NCBI GenBank assembly: GCA_043228905.1
Contig: JBHGNT010000011.1
Coordinates: forward strand, 18,848,001-18,912,000
Reading direction: 5' to 3'
From: Azolla caroliniana
Lineage: Eukaryota; Plantae; Polypodiophyta
DNA length: 64,000 nucleotides
A model generated the notes under the pieces. It was not told the origin of the DNA. It made no database searches and was given only the letters and a program-made list of their open reading frames with translations. Each line of letters opens with the position of its first letter. Positions within the stretch are counted from its first letter, which is position 1. The position numbers and the translations under genes are program-made. This document shows positions 23,627-37,759 of the stretch, piece after piece.

Positions 23627-26575
23627 CTAGATCTCATAGCCTGGGAAGGCGGCGCCATCTGGTTGTGCCATGTCAAGATAGAGGCAAGCCGTTCCCGCCA
23701 AACCTTCGAATAGAGAATAAGGGTGATCCCCTCCATGCATCTCACCACGTGATATCAATTTCTTCCCACGTTCCAAGAGAAACTTTGCAAATGCATTCGC
23801 TTTGTGAAGAAAGTCTATATCACCAGTCATCCGATATAAAGACAAAAAGACATATGTATTCCCACTAATGCCATGACAAATTCCTACTCGTCGAAGCAAT
23901 CCTCGTGTCCACACTACTTCTCCAGCATGAATCGCCGCTTCCTTGAACCTAACATCGGAAGGAAAAACCTAATATAACAAACAACAAGAGTTGACAGACT
24001 TAACATATATATCATACAATGGGAGTGACAAAACCTAATGTATAATACAATGGTTGTTGGAAGACCTATTATAATACACAATAATAGATGGCAGCACATA
24101 ATGTGACCAATCCAATAATAATTGGACAGTATAATATAGCTACCAGAGTTATAGTTGGAAGACCTAATATAACACACGATCAACGTAATTATCATGATCT
24201 AAAGACCCACAAAACACAGGCAAAAGTTTGAAAGTGATCGAGTTTCCCAAACTTACCTCAGCAGCTTTGCAAAGAGTCAAAACGAGTCCCGGGGCACCAT
24301 GGCACCAATGAACTAAAGTATCCTTAGTATCTTCTTCAGCAGTGCAGTAATTACCAGAGGGAAATCGATTCTCTATCATGTAGTGAATTGTTCTTTTCAC
24401 ATCATTTGCATCTTCTAGGTTAAGCGGAAAGTGCAAGAGCAAATGCATAATCCCTGCCAGACCATGAGCTGCCCCCCAATATCGTGTGCCATACCATTCA
24501 TACATGAGGGGGCAGTTTCTATGATGAATAGCACCTGCCCTCCCTGCCGCAACCATAGAGTAAATAATAGGTTGCTGTCATTCAAAGATAAAACAATGTA
24601 CATTTTAAATAAATAAATGAAGTTCAATATGTTTTCTTTGAACTTTCACTATGAAAAATTTTAATAAAATAGAAATAATGTACGATCCCCATAGGACAAG
24701 TGCCCTGGGTTGCTGCATATGACAATCATCCCCATAGTCAGAGAAAAACTCTTGAATGATTTACTAATGAAACATAAATTCAAATCAAGAGAAAATAAAA
24801 GTAAATCTTCAATTATTTACTGATGAAAAACAATTCACATCAAAATAATAATTTCAATCAAATATTGGATTACTTACTAGTGCGCTCCATGGAATTGTCT
24901 CCTCACCGATGTGGTTATTTACAAACAAGCACGCCCACAAAAATCCTGCTCTTCCATATAGCAGCTCATTTGGCATTCTAGAATCATCCACAAAGGCCTT
25001 CTCCTCAGCCATCTACCATCAAAATTATTTGACTTTCTTATCCTAATGCATGTGTCACATTATTATGGTAACGGTTGCTCCAACATTGACATATTGATTC
25101 AATAGCACATACCTCTCTTAAGAATTTCAAGAAATAATGCATCATGTCGTTGTTTTCTGCATATTTAGCTGCTGCAGCTCCCAGAGCATATATACCAGCT
25201 CTACCACATATAAAAGTGCAATACCTAACCAAAAAGCTCGTCCTCAACAAATTCTTCCACATATATGAAAGTGAAATATTTCTCATGCCTTAACCAGAAA
25301 ACTTACTTCTAAAACCTCAACTCCTCCACATACAAAGGTGAAATGCCTCAGAAAAAGAGCATAAAGACTTTTTCTCATATCTTAACTATGATACTTACTT
25401 ATATAAAACCAGCAAACTCTTCAACATAAGAAGGATGAAATACATCATATAATGGACACCAAATCTTTAAATACTGATGATGTCCTAGGAAACTAAATAT
25501 GAGATAATGACATACTTTTTCATAGAGATCGAAGCCTCAATAGAGCAGTTTTTTACTATTTCCAAACACAATGCCAAATCATCCTTGTTTCTTGTCATCT
25601 TATAACTCCGGAAGCAAAGGAATGCAGTCCCAAGAACACCAGTATAAAGTGTAGGATCATGAACTTTACTCCATCTTCTAGACCAGGTGGCTTGTACAAT
25701 CTACACAAGAGAAAACTAATAGTATCACATGCCCTCTAAACTAATAGTACAATCTACACAGGAGGACATTTGTGCAGTTTTATAGGTATTTATCATGGTT
25801 TACTAATAGTATCACATGCCCTCTAAACTTCTGTATATATTTGTATGCAAGTACACATATCCAAATTTATGTATGCCCATACATGCATCAATAAATTACA
25901 TACGTAGACAAGCATAAATAGATTTATAAGCACCATATCTAGCTACATTTAAGTTATTCTTAAATCTGTGGATATATGCAGCGATGCAAACGAACAGAAA
26001 TATTTGGTATGTATGAACACGCAGCATATCTAGACTAATTTGTGCACGATTCAACATATGCAAAGCTCACAAGAATTTAAGATGGTAGTCAACAAAAGAT
26101 AGTGCAATTGTCAAATAAGCCCTAAAATAAATGAACAAAACATATAAAAGACGTGGTGAATCTAGTGGATGTGTCTGCAAGTATGTACAAACAGTATAAA
26201 TGTACATATGCATGTGTGTGTGTGTGTGTGTGTGTGTATAATTGGACATATGCACGTATGTATAAGTGTGTGGGTATATACACATGCACAGATGCATGTA
26301 TGCATGCATGGATGAGCATATGTGTGTAGATATATACATGTACGGATGCATGTACGGATGAAGAGATGTGTGTAATCACACTTACATTTATATACATATA
26401 TATCCATGTATACATGTACGGATGAAGCCCTTTAAAAACAGATAACAGAGGGATGTATTTTCCATACCTCATTTTTCAAGCTGAGACCGGCAGCAACAAA
26501 TTCCTGTGCTGTGGGGAAGGCTTGATGCTGAGAGAAGAGCAAATCATTTATAAAGTGGCGGTCTGACCTATTCAT
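23627..26575 (-). CDS. GCR2: LanC-like protein (GCR2/GCL family), 6 exons
   Basis: Exons 26575-26468, 25700-25516 (DPTLYTGVLGTAF), 25224-25113 (TFICGRAG), 25012-24878 (ELLYGRAGFLWA), 24574-24257 (YWGAAHGLAGI, HWCHGAPG), 23968-23627 (GICHGISGN, YSLFEGLAG, FPGYEI*). Zinc-ligand motifs WCHG and CHG are present. GCR2 versus GCL orthology is unresolved. Confidence 0.92.
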
Positions 26576-28541
26576 CAGTACCGCACTACAGAGACAATGA
26601 TTCTGTTAATTATGGAAATTGAACCGCAGCATAATTCCACAAAAATGCCGCCCACCTTTCAACACACCCGCCTCGAAGGATTCTGCAACTGCACTGAATT
26701 TTCTTCTTCTGTGACTATTGTATAAAGGAGGAGCACGACATATCCTCTTCGCCTGTTTCATTCATCTTGAGCCTCCCTAATACGCACTGCTAATTAACCA
26801 CCAAAAATCTTCGCTTTACAGTACAAACTTACATTAGGATCCGGCCAAATGTCATGGTGTTCCCATAGAGTGTCATGGACCAAGGAAATCTGTCCCGATG
26901 TTTCAAGAACTAAACAAAACAAAAAAAACCCGAGATTTTGTTGTGCACGGGCTCTCGGCCATGGGATGATACGTGATGGATAATGTATTAGTGATTTGTT
27001 GAGGCGGACATCCTCACACTCGTCCTGAACCTCGTGGTGTGTGTGTGTGTGTGTGTGTGTGTGTATTGCTCGTGCGGGTCCGATATTTGATCGTAAATGT
27101 TGATCCAATAGCAACCTCCATGTACATCAGAGTTGCTCATGATTTGTTAGGTATTCCCACTCGTCACGCAACCAACACTTGCGCATTGTCAACTTAAAAT
27201 CCCTCTCCTCAAAGAAATCTCATTTCGTAATTGAATCTTCTTAGTATGTAAAGCCTTCTAGAAACTCCTAGAAACATTTCAACTATTATTTTGTCTTGAC
27301 ATGTTTAACCAATTCTTGGTAATTATAGTCATGTTTTTTTTATTAATCCAATTGTCTAAGTAGGCCGCTACAACTAAACTAAAATTTAGCACGAAATAGA
27401 GGGATTGATCCATGATTTGGTATCCTTTCCATCACTACAAATGTAAAATCATTAATGATATTGGAACTTGATTATTGTCTCAAACCCCTTTCTATTCAAT
27501 GTTAATCATTAGTCAAGTACCATTGTGTGCTTGTGTCGTAGCACCATTAGCATATGGAGGCCGGATTTGATCACCTCTGATGCATAAATCCATCACAACT
27601 CACTAACACCACCAAACATTGTACCTAAGATTCAATACAAAATTTTGATGTTGATAATAGTTCCCAAAACTCACATGCATGTGCATGTAGTATAAAGTTT
27701 CCAAGACAATGGTGGAAGCCGACAAATGTATCCCTTCCATATGGTAATAAGGATGCACAATCATATCAAAAAATGCATCATATGAAACTACAAAATGCCC
27801 ATGTACGCATTGACACATGTAGCAAGGGAATACAATATCTTGGGAGAAAAAAAGACAAGCTTTTGAGTAAGACTGCAAATTAGAAGCATGAAAAACATCA
27901 AAATTGTAAGTCTTGCAAATACCATTCAAAGCTTGCAAAATTGACAATGCTGAAAAGTTTCCCTAGACACAACACACCACATTTCATAAGATTACAGACT
28001 TTAATAATTAGAAATGCTATACACTTAACTAGACAACATTCACAAATTGCTTCCAGCACAGGTTATTTTGTTTTGTACAAATTGTTTTCGAGACATCATT
28101 TTATCAAATTGTTTCTTATTCTATGTTTCTTTCACAACACATTTTACAATCAAAGACTGAAATGTTACAATGATTCTTCTTAAACATAGGATCCCCTTTC
28201 TCCCTTATTATATACGTTCCACTGAAAATAGAACATAGAAAGACTATATATAAAGTAACCGAGTACTCTAATAATGTAAACTTTAGAGCATGAGGATGAA
28301 CACCACAAATTCTTCCACAATGATGTACAAGTGGACTTGTGATCCCAAAATCAAGATGGCATCTTGTTATATTTCCTCTCACAGTAAACCATCTCTATCT
28401 ATCCATCAACAAGAAGCATTAAATTTTTTGAGAATGTGCCTGTCTGCAAACAAACAAGCTTTTATTGCAAACGGAAAGGCTCGGATGATGGACCTTTCTC
28501 AAATAAATAAGTAAACATTCAGTCTTGTTTTGTTTTATCTC

Positions 28542-31500
28542 CTACAAAAGGCCAGGGTTTCCAAATGGGTTAGGATGCATCTGACTTTGGTACTGATTGG
28601 AAGGAGGCATCATCATAGAAGGCATGCCGTATCCATTGTTGTAAGGGTTCATAGAGTGTGTACCCCCTCCTAACATATGTTGCTGATTCATCATTATCGC
28701 TTGATGATGCTGATGCATCATCATAACTTGCTGCTGTTGGGCCAGTGCTGCAAGTTGTACATTGGAAGGAGGAGCCACCTTTGCTGAAGCAAAGAAAGGA
28801 TCATGTTGCATTGGTGCAAATGGATTCGGTGCCACACGATCCATTCCATTCCCAGTAGACTGGCCACTATATGCTTGCCGAGTGAGAGCATCATCATATA
28901 AGCTGTCTAGCGTTAATTGATCGAATCCACCAGCCTGTTATGACACAATAAATAAAGAGTGCATTCATTTCCACGCTTCAAACCAGATTTCTTGCATTAA
29001 AAATATTGTACCAATGATTGCCTCATACAAGGCTCAAGAACATAATCTATGTGGATAATTGAATCAGACAAGATAATCTATGTAAAAGAAAATGGAAATC
29101 ACATTTGGCACTTTAGAAACTGTCCTACACCATACGACTGTTTGTGAAGAGATGGCACCATTTGCAGGGTCCTAATTACAACAATTATATGAATTGACAT
29201 GTCTCCCGGATTCGGGAGGAAATGTAGCTGGCTATGTATTGATGAAAGAATGTGATACAACAATACTTTTAAAACATGTCCATTGTCACTGAACTCAAAC
29301 CACAAACCCTTATACTTCAACATTGCACCCAAACACTAAGACATTGACCAATCATTTAGGATACAAATAAAGAGGTACATTATGTGACCTTGCTATCAAA
29401 AAGCTAATCTATAAGCAAATGAGAGAGTCAGGTCATGAACCTTACCCTAGTGAAGATGTGAAAACAATGGGGGCATTGCCATCTAATGCTTGATTTGATG
29501 AATAATGCAAAGTTGATCTCAAAATGTTAAAACTTGCAAAGATAAAAATAAAAAAGTTCTATAACGCAAGGCTTGTCAATGTCGAATGAGAAGAATAAAG
29601 AGGGACAATATTAGCAAATGCAAGAAAGGAAGAAAACGCAAATGTTTAAACTCCAACCAAAGTTAACATATAGAGAATTCAAAAACAAAAAGGAAGATAT
29701 AATTAGCACTCAACTATAGAGGCCAATATAGAGGCATGATTGACAAAATAACTGAAAACTAGGAAAGATCAAAGCAATGATCTTAAGACTTCACACTGAT
29801 GTTTATGTTCTCACAAAATATTCACCTATTACATTACCGCCAACACCTTTACGCATTGAAAGAGTTTCTCATGATTGAACCCTGGAAGACGAAAGCAATG
29901 GTCTTCAATGTCTTCAGCTTAAATCATACAGAGTTTACTCATATGGTCTTTACTCGAAGTCAATGGAGCAATGACATAAATACTCAGGGTTACATGGTAT
30001 AGCCTCTATTCAGAGTGGATTCATTGGCTAGAAATTATGCACAGCACAATTCTGATATGCTTGGTAATAACTGACCTTAGCACAGGAGAAGGTATTGTGG
30101 TTTTCATTTGCAGCAGCATCACATGGACACAAGTATGGGGGCAGTTGAGGTAGCGAAACTAGCATTATGGAAAATTCGTCGTCTGGGTCGCTTTTTTCAC
30201 ATTGCCATACAGCTGTACTAAGCTGCTTGGGAACCATGATATGCCAAAATTTATGTGCTGTGTCAAATGTCATGCAGGAGGATAAAAAGCCAAGGAGTCT
30301 AGTGATCTCAGTTTTTTGCAAATGATAAATCACAGTTCTTCAATAGGATAGCTCCATTTTTAAGTTTTGAAACAAATAAAGAAGGGTGTTAATAGCATTG
30401 AATATACATAAGACTAGAGAACACAAGAATGGGTGAAGAAAAGTTGAGTCATAAAGCAATAAGGAATCACTGAATTATATTTGATTTTTTGGAGAGATAG
30501 TTTTGGAGGGTGAGAACTCTGCAGAAATTTAATGCGGAAAAGAGGCATTGTAGCTGGGATTTGTTGAATTAGCTCTGCATCTCATGCATCTAAACTATTC
30601 GTTGAATTTCAAGTCATATTGCACTCATGTTTACCTTCTAATATATTAGAATTGCGTTGGAAACTCTTAAGAAGATGAATAGATGATGATCTGTCAGTGT
30701 CCATGGGCGCATAACACAACCCATGGGATCAATTGACAGAGAGAAAGAGACAGGAAAGGGTGATATTTTGTGTGTTATAACTGGGACTATGATATAATGA
30801 AAGGAGAAATACCAGTTTGCTCTGACTAAGAGCACTATCATTACTACTTGTTGTCGTAACAAGGGCCAGCTCCCAACCAGTCACGCCAGCAGCAGTAGTC
30901 ATGTCAAATCCTTTCTCATCATTTGCTGATGCTTTGCCATTGGAAGAAGGCACTGCAGATAAGTAAAACCCATCGCATTAATCAAAACCCCATTTATCAG
31001 TGATAATCAAATAAATTGATGTTTACATTTGTGTCTCTCGTCTATGCTTTAGACATTGGTGAAGACTAACATACAAAGAAAGAAATAGTATTTCATGTTC
31101 ATGAATGCATGATTAGAGCATACTTACCGATTGCCAAAGCCAATGCATTGCTTTCCTCCAATGCAGATGGATCAGCCTTAATATCATCAAGACCCTATAG
31201 TCCACAATAACCCAAGTTCAGCTGTATTCTCCTTATTGGAAGCACCCAAAAAGGTCCAGTAAACATAAAATATGGAGCTCATCAATATCCATTTATAATA
31301 ACAAGCATTGCATCACCAAGTTTCCTTATTTACTTATAGGCTATAAAATTGAGGCTATAGGCATTAGATTAAAGCTAAAGGGACAATAAGATGTACCAGA
31401 AGATCAACATTCTGAGGAGGGATAATTTCAACTGGCGCTGGGGGAGGGGAAATGCTCGTTTCAGCTTGCACTGGTGGTGGTGGAATAGGCTCCTCTGGTT

Positions 31501-32921
31501 CACTTCGCTTATACTCGAGGGCTGGAATGTTTAGAGACTTGTTTGCTGCACGGCCATCATGATCCTCCTATCCATAATTTAACATTTGCATGTTAATAGG
31601 TGAGAGAGAGCAGAAAGTAAACATCTCACGCGTTAAAAGCAGTGTGTCTAACATGACAAGCTCCAACAAGAGTAGAAATTGAGATGTAATACCATGGAAT
31701 CTTTGCGCAAAAATGATGATTCTCGAGGTGCATCGCGCACATATTGTTCCATAGAAGCAAGGAATGATTGTGGTGGCTGAAATATTTTAATCCACATACC
31801 ATGACTAAAAGTGAATAAGTAGCCTGATCATGCATCGTTGTAATCATAGAATACATTTTCACCTGTTCCAACTCTGGGAGCTTCATATTACGGGAGAAAT
31901 CTAATCCTTTGCAAACATCATAGAAATCTGAAAGTTTTTCTGTCTGCAAAGTTCCAGCATAATATCATTTTACACATTGCATAACTGGAGTCTAAAACTA
32001 AGTTTGTGATTAAGCAACAAAATACTTCAGGGCTACAACCTGTTGTCCATTTCGTTTATATATTTCAAGTGCTTTGGAAGCATCGTGCCGTTGCATTTCA
32101 AAGAACTGAAAGAGAAACCAGAATAAAAGTTTGCATCCAAATACACTGTTGATGTCCAAACTACACAATTACTAGTGCATACCTTGTCTACAAGGTTGAT
32201 CATGCCATCACTAATCGCCTGATAAATTCTAACACTTTCCTTCAAGACCTGGCAGCAAAAATATTTTCTTGAATCTTTACTGGAATAATAGATACATATG
32301 CACATAGGTAGATATGTTTTTCTTGAATCTTTATTATTGGAGAATTACAAACCAAATTCAGCGCACATTGGATGACAAAATTCGAGATCCCAGCACCTTC
32401 AGGCTGAGTAAACAAGTTAGTAAAATTAGTTTAGCTGATTTGTGGATATATAAAACATAAACATACACCTTCACTTATACCTGACACCCCATTGATCGAT
32501 ATAATAGTTGTTGCAGGGCAGGAAGTTGCTCTAATAGATCTAATGTATCTAGTTCCTTGGTTTTCTGTATCCATAAAAATGTTAAAAACACTGCTGGTTC
32601 ATAATACACGAATACAAACAAAACATCAGTTTCACACCAGAAAATGATCAGAATCTAGATCGCATTTGAGAGATCTAAAACATTCGATGCGTTCCTCTAG
32701 ATATAAAGCATAAGCACGAACAAACGCGGAGTAATCCCATGCTGCAGAGAATATTAAAATAATAATGTTAGTCAGCTAGTAAATTGCCATTTCAAATCTA
32801 GGAAGACATTGAACAGCTGTAAGAAAGTGGGTGCTAAAACCCAGCATTGCAATGGCTTAATGTAGACAATAAATGAGATGGACTGTTGGATGCATGTTCT
32901 GGATTATATGCTAGATATTCA

Positions 32922-32978
<57 letters not shown>

Positions 32979-35900
32979 GACAGGCAAGCCTTGTCATAAT
33001 TGAAGTGATCAGTTTATCTATCACCATGAAAAAGGCTAGCACTAGGACCTTCCACAAAGAAAATTATGTGCGTGTATGCATGTATGTATGAATGAATATG
33101 TGTAATGTATGTGTAATACATCACTATTACCAGTACATTGAATGGTTAATAAAAGCTACAAATCAAACATCTATTAAACTACTAACTCAGTTTGCAAGCC
33201 AATGCACAATCTTCCAAGCAAGTGATAAAGCATGATGACATGATAGACTGAAATATAATATGATCTTTCGACAATGAGTAATATTCCCCATACTTGTTCA
33301 TCTATTTTTTGGGTTCTGTGAGTTGAGCTAGGAGGATTCAGAAGTAATGGAGGGCTAGGCTATTACGAGTTGTGCACGAGAACATAGGACTTTGACAAGC
33401 ATTTATTTCACCATATCTGTGAGCTTCTAACAAGAGCATAGTTGTATAATACAGAATGTTATGATGTGAGATAATGCAGAGTATTTATGGTATTTTAAGA
33501 TTTTTGTTTTATGTTTTAGAAAGCAAATGTAAATATTAAAAAGTCCAAAACCTTATTATTCAAGCTTTCTATCATATTCAAGCTTTCTAATTGCTCATTG
33601 TGTATATATTTCCAACTACCCCATAGTAAGAGAAATCCATTGATCAGTCTTCATGTTGAGTTTATCCTCCCCCATCATCAACTAGAGAGAATGTCATGGG
33701 ACTGAGGTTAGTTAAATTTTTATCTCTAGAATAGAGTCAACTGGATGTGTTTAAAATATTAGTTTGTGAATGAGGTCTATCCACTATGACAATGAATGGC
33801 ATGTAAGCTTGCCATTTGGACACAAGCTTAGGTCTAGCATGCGTGTATACTTGTGGTTAATGTTATTAACCTTAGGATTTAGGCAACTGGATGTGTTCAA
33901 AATTTTAGTTTGTGAAACTGCTATAGCAGCTTAACTAGTCTTATTGCCGTCATTAATATTAAGAATATTCACATTAATGGGGCATGTAAAAGGAAGCAAA
34001 ACTTTGACACTTCAAGCTAACCTAAGCTATTTCTGAGAGTTCTAGTATGTCAAAAGGCTTGGGAGGCTTGGTAAAGATGTTATTCAAACCCTTCAAAGTT
34101 TGCTCAGGGAGAGGGGAAAAAAATGGGGAGGAGATTTGTGAACTTCAAAGTTAGCTTCAGGAAAACAGGAATAAATAAATAAAAACAGAAAGATGGGAAG
34201 AAGTGGAGATGTGTCAACTTTGAAATGAATACATTATTCTTGCAATAGACTCAAATTTGCATCAGGTTGCAATCAATTGAAAGGCTTCTGAATTGAATGA
34301 GAAAATTCTTATTAGAGTCTGTCATGAACTTCTTTTTGGCAGAAGTTATGTTTGATGAGAGATGTGGGTTATTAAAGGTTTACCATGTATCCTAACCTTC
34401 TATTTATATGAGATTGTGGCAGAAATTCTTGAGAGACCATTATAGAAATAGGAAGCAGACTACATGACTTCAAGTCTTTAGCTTCAATGCACAAAGAAGA
34501 TTCAAGATGTACCGCTGGGACTGGAATCATCTTTGAAATTGGATAGATTAAAAGCAAGCCTTCTCGATCGGGAATAATTCACAAGCTCCTCTCGAAATGT
34601 AGGATCTCCTTCTCTCAAAGTACGATGGATGACCATTAAAGTTTTCAGCGCAACCTACTCAGTAATCAAAACATCAAACATTGACCACTTTGTATTTCAG
34701 AGACTGATGATAAACATGCCAGTGATTTGGGAGGAGGTAAAGTCAGCTTACAGTCCAATTGTGCGTTTTCGTTACTCGTCTTGCAAGCGCATGAATGCAG
34801 TATGCAACATCAGCCCTTGGTCTAGCCACAGATGTAGCTAAGAAGATGGCTATAGCAACAGCATTTCAAATACAATCAGCAGAATATATAAGAACTTTTT
34901 TCCATTATGGATCATTCAAAATCCATGAGTAATATACAAAGTTTTCTATTAAGAATCAATTGGTACAAATATCCCCTAGCTTGAACATTAATTAGTCAGT
35001 AATGCAGTAAACTTTTTTTTATATGAATCAATCAATACACCATGAAATTTAATCAATACGTAATACACTGAAGCTTTTTCCATTATGAACCAACCATCAA
35101 ACACATTCTCTAGCTTGGAAACTAATTAATAGGTAATATACTAAACTTCTCATTACAAATCACTCGTGACACATTGAAATCTAATCATTAAACAATATAT
35201 ATATAAAAACACATCTAGTAGAGAGCACACTGTCTGTATCATGAAAGCTAAACAATTTCTAATATGTTGAGCTTTTTCCATCATAAACCAAATACCACAC
35301 CTTTAAATCTAATCAATCCATGATATACTGAAGTTTTCCCACTAGGAATCTGTCATCACCATTCATAGTTTCTACCTTTTACGCACTCAAAGATCCAAAA
35401 GTTCATAGTTTCTAGCTTTTAACACTCAAAGATCCAAAAGAAATTCTTACTTCTGACATGTTTCTCCTTGGGGGGACATTCCACATGATTTGTGGCTTTA
35501 ACAATGGCCACATCTAGATCCTGCAAAGCAACATAAAAGACAACTGTCCTATCAGAACTAAGATGCAAAATATGAGGTCAAAAAAGATTATATCAAAACC
35601 AAAGAAATTCCAAGCAATCATATTGGCATATACAAACTAACCAAAAAGATGAGAAAAGAAGAATTTAAAACTCCTAAGGTATCCAACATGTAGATATAGA
35701 ACTAGTAACTCTGGTAATAATAGCTTTCTCCTTCAATATCTCAACTCAAAAAGTAGTATTTTTTAGATGTTATAATAGTGCATTGGGAATTCAGCATCCT
35801 AGCTCCCAATTGATTTTCATGTGACCATTAAAACTAATGTCACACAGCATATGATCACTTTAATTGATTAAAGCTAAATGTTGATAGTCCTAATTGTATG

Positions 35901-36821
35901 AGAAAGAACTACCAGATCTGACTCACAGATACAGAAGCAAACAGTAACATATGTGGTCCCATAATCCATACACAATAGAAAGAAAAAAAGAAACAACATT
36001 ATCAACAAATTCAAAGTTTTCTCGACACATTAAAGTCTTAATGGCTACAAAGAAGAAAATCAGCATATGTTCTAGCACCAGCTACATCAAATAAAGAAGA
36101 GAAGGAACACAGCCATATCTAGAAATAATTAAGAAAGAATAACAGAAAAATATTTTAATTATTGTCTACTAGAGGCCAAAATCGGACTCTGAAAAAATCT
36201 TGATTACAAATATGGGTTAAGTCAAGTTATATGTGCTGAAATAATATTTGACAGCTCTAGATTTCCAAAATATCAATGATAAAGAACTTAATGCACGCGG
36301 TGGCTTTACAATTGGTGAGAATTCTTTAGAGAATTGAATCAAGAGCATCAACCATATCTACAAGTTACTAGTTTGGGAGAGGAAAAATGGAAGGCCGAAA
36401 ATCAGATAAGTCTATAAATCACTACTTGAAGAAAGAAAGGGAAAGAGGCAGACATGTGGGCTTGAAAATCACTAATTCGAGAAAGAAAGAGGGAAGCGTC
36501 CATGTCTAGAAGTAATTACGAGAAAGAGAAGACGAGAATCATCCATATGAGTCAGATAGCCCTAGTTTCAGAAAGCGGAGAAGAAAATTATCCTTACGAG
36601 CTAGAAATGCGCTAATTACAGAAAGAGAAGAAGAAGAAGAAAAGAGATCCCCGATATGATCTAGGGATCACTAATTGAAGGGAAAGGAACAACGAGAGAA
36701 CACAGCATGTACTTGTTCATACCTTGAAATCACTGTTGATCTGAGCGAGTCCGACCTTTGTAGAGTCTTTGATAGCTCCAATGACCTTCCTTAGGCTCTC
36801 CTGGGTCGACCCTGCAGCCAT
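28542..36821 (-). CDS. ANTH/PICALM-type clathrin assembly protein (At2g01600-like), 15 exons
   Basis: Exons 36821-36723 ([12 protein letters not shown]), 35520-35451 ([16 protein letters not shown]), 34849-34752, 34654-34513 ([17 protein letters not shown]), 32741-32638 (AWDYSAFVR), 32564-32481, 32403-32353, 32248-32183, 32105-32040, 31943-31863, 31776-31693, 31567-31397, 31194-31128, 30953-30813 (TGWELALV), 28934-28542 ([18 protein letters not shown] motifs). Confidence 0.93.
32924..32975. repeat. (GT)n microsatellite in an ANTH intron
   Basis: Directly visible. Confidence 0.95.
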
Positions 36822-36969
36822 ATCTACCTTGCCTCCACCACTGTTATTACCACTGTTTGTGTATCTGCCTGCTGAAGGGAGCTACTAATAAACAGATGTG
36901 ACCATGATCTATTTGGAAAGCATCCGGGGAGGAAGGAAACATGCAAACCAAATGAAAAGCCGTTTTCTT

Positions 36970-36973
<4 letters not shown>

Positions 36974-37000
<27 letters not shown>

Positions 37001-37190
37001 TGTGTGTGTGTGTGTGTGTGGTTGATGATTTGGATGGATGTGAATTAGGGTTTCAGCATAGACGTACAGATCTAGTAGATTAGGGATTATGTGGCACAGG
37101 TACACAGGTCAGGGGGGGAGAGTGGCCTTTTTCCTCGGAGACAGAGAGAGAGAGTGTGTCTGTGTCTGTGTCTGTGTCTGTGTCTGTGTG
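36974..37190. repeat. (GA)n(GT)n and (GTCTGT)n simple repeats in the ANTH 5' region
   Basis: Directly visible. Confidence 0.9.
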
Positions 37191-37759
37191 AGGGATATGG
37201 AAATTAGGGTTTCTGAGCAGGTAGGTCTGAAGGTCGGTTCGCGTAGTAGAAGAAGAGGAGGTGATTATCTAGTCTAGTCAAACAAAAAAGTAATATGTAC
37301 ATATATATAATTTAGATGAGAGAGAGCAAGTTTTCGTTATTTACACGCATGCCCTTGCCACCGTCCCCCACAAAATAAACAAAACCAAATACATAATAAT
37401 AATATATTATATAACATAAAGAGAGAACAAGTCTTTTTATCACTTGGAAATGAATTATTCTTTTACATTCACTGCCATGTGGTTTTGATTCTTTTGCACA
37501 CTATGAACCTTCAAATTCCACCCCTCATTGCCTCGATTCGTCTTCCCGCATCTCGTCTCTCACACATACCATTGGCAATTAATGATTGTACCATGTTAAT
37601 TATTTTACTTTATATGTTCGTGTTTGTTACTACATTGAACCCCCCCCCCCCCCCCCCGCCTCTTTTTTTTGCTCTCGCTTTGTTTGCATTGTCGACACTA
37701 AAATTGGTCTATGGTGGTACATTGGTAAAGTAATGATGGATCGAACACGATAATAAAAA

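Noticed and set aside
26067-26472. Three overlapping His/Tyr/Cys-rich ORFs
   Set aside because: They come from (CA)n/(TATG)n-rich sequence in intron 1 of the LanC-like gene.
23627-26575. LanC-like gene as part of a lanthipeptide/RiPP cluster
   Set aside because: It is an ordinary intron-containing plant LanCL; no dehydratase, precursor peptide or transporter is nearby.
26960-27035. Possible C/D-box snoRNA (ATGATA/GTGATG ... CTGA)
   Set aside because: The C box is imperfect, there is no convincing terminal stem, and I recognised no rRNA guide.
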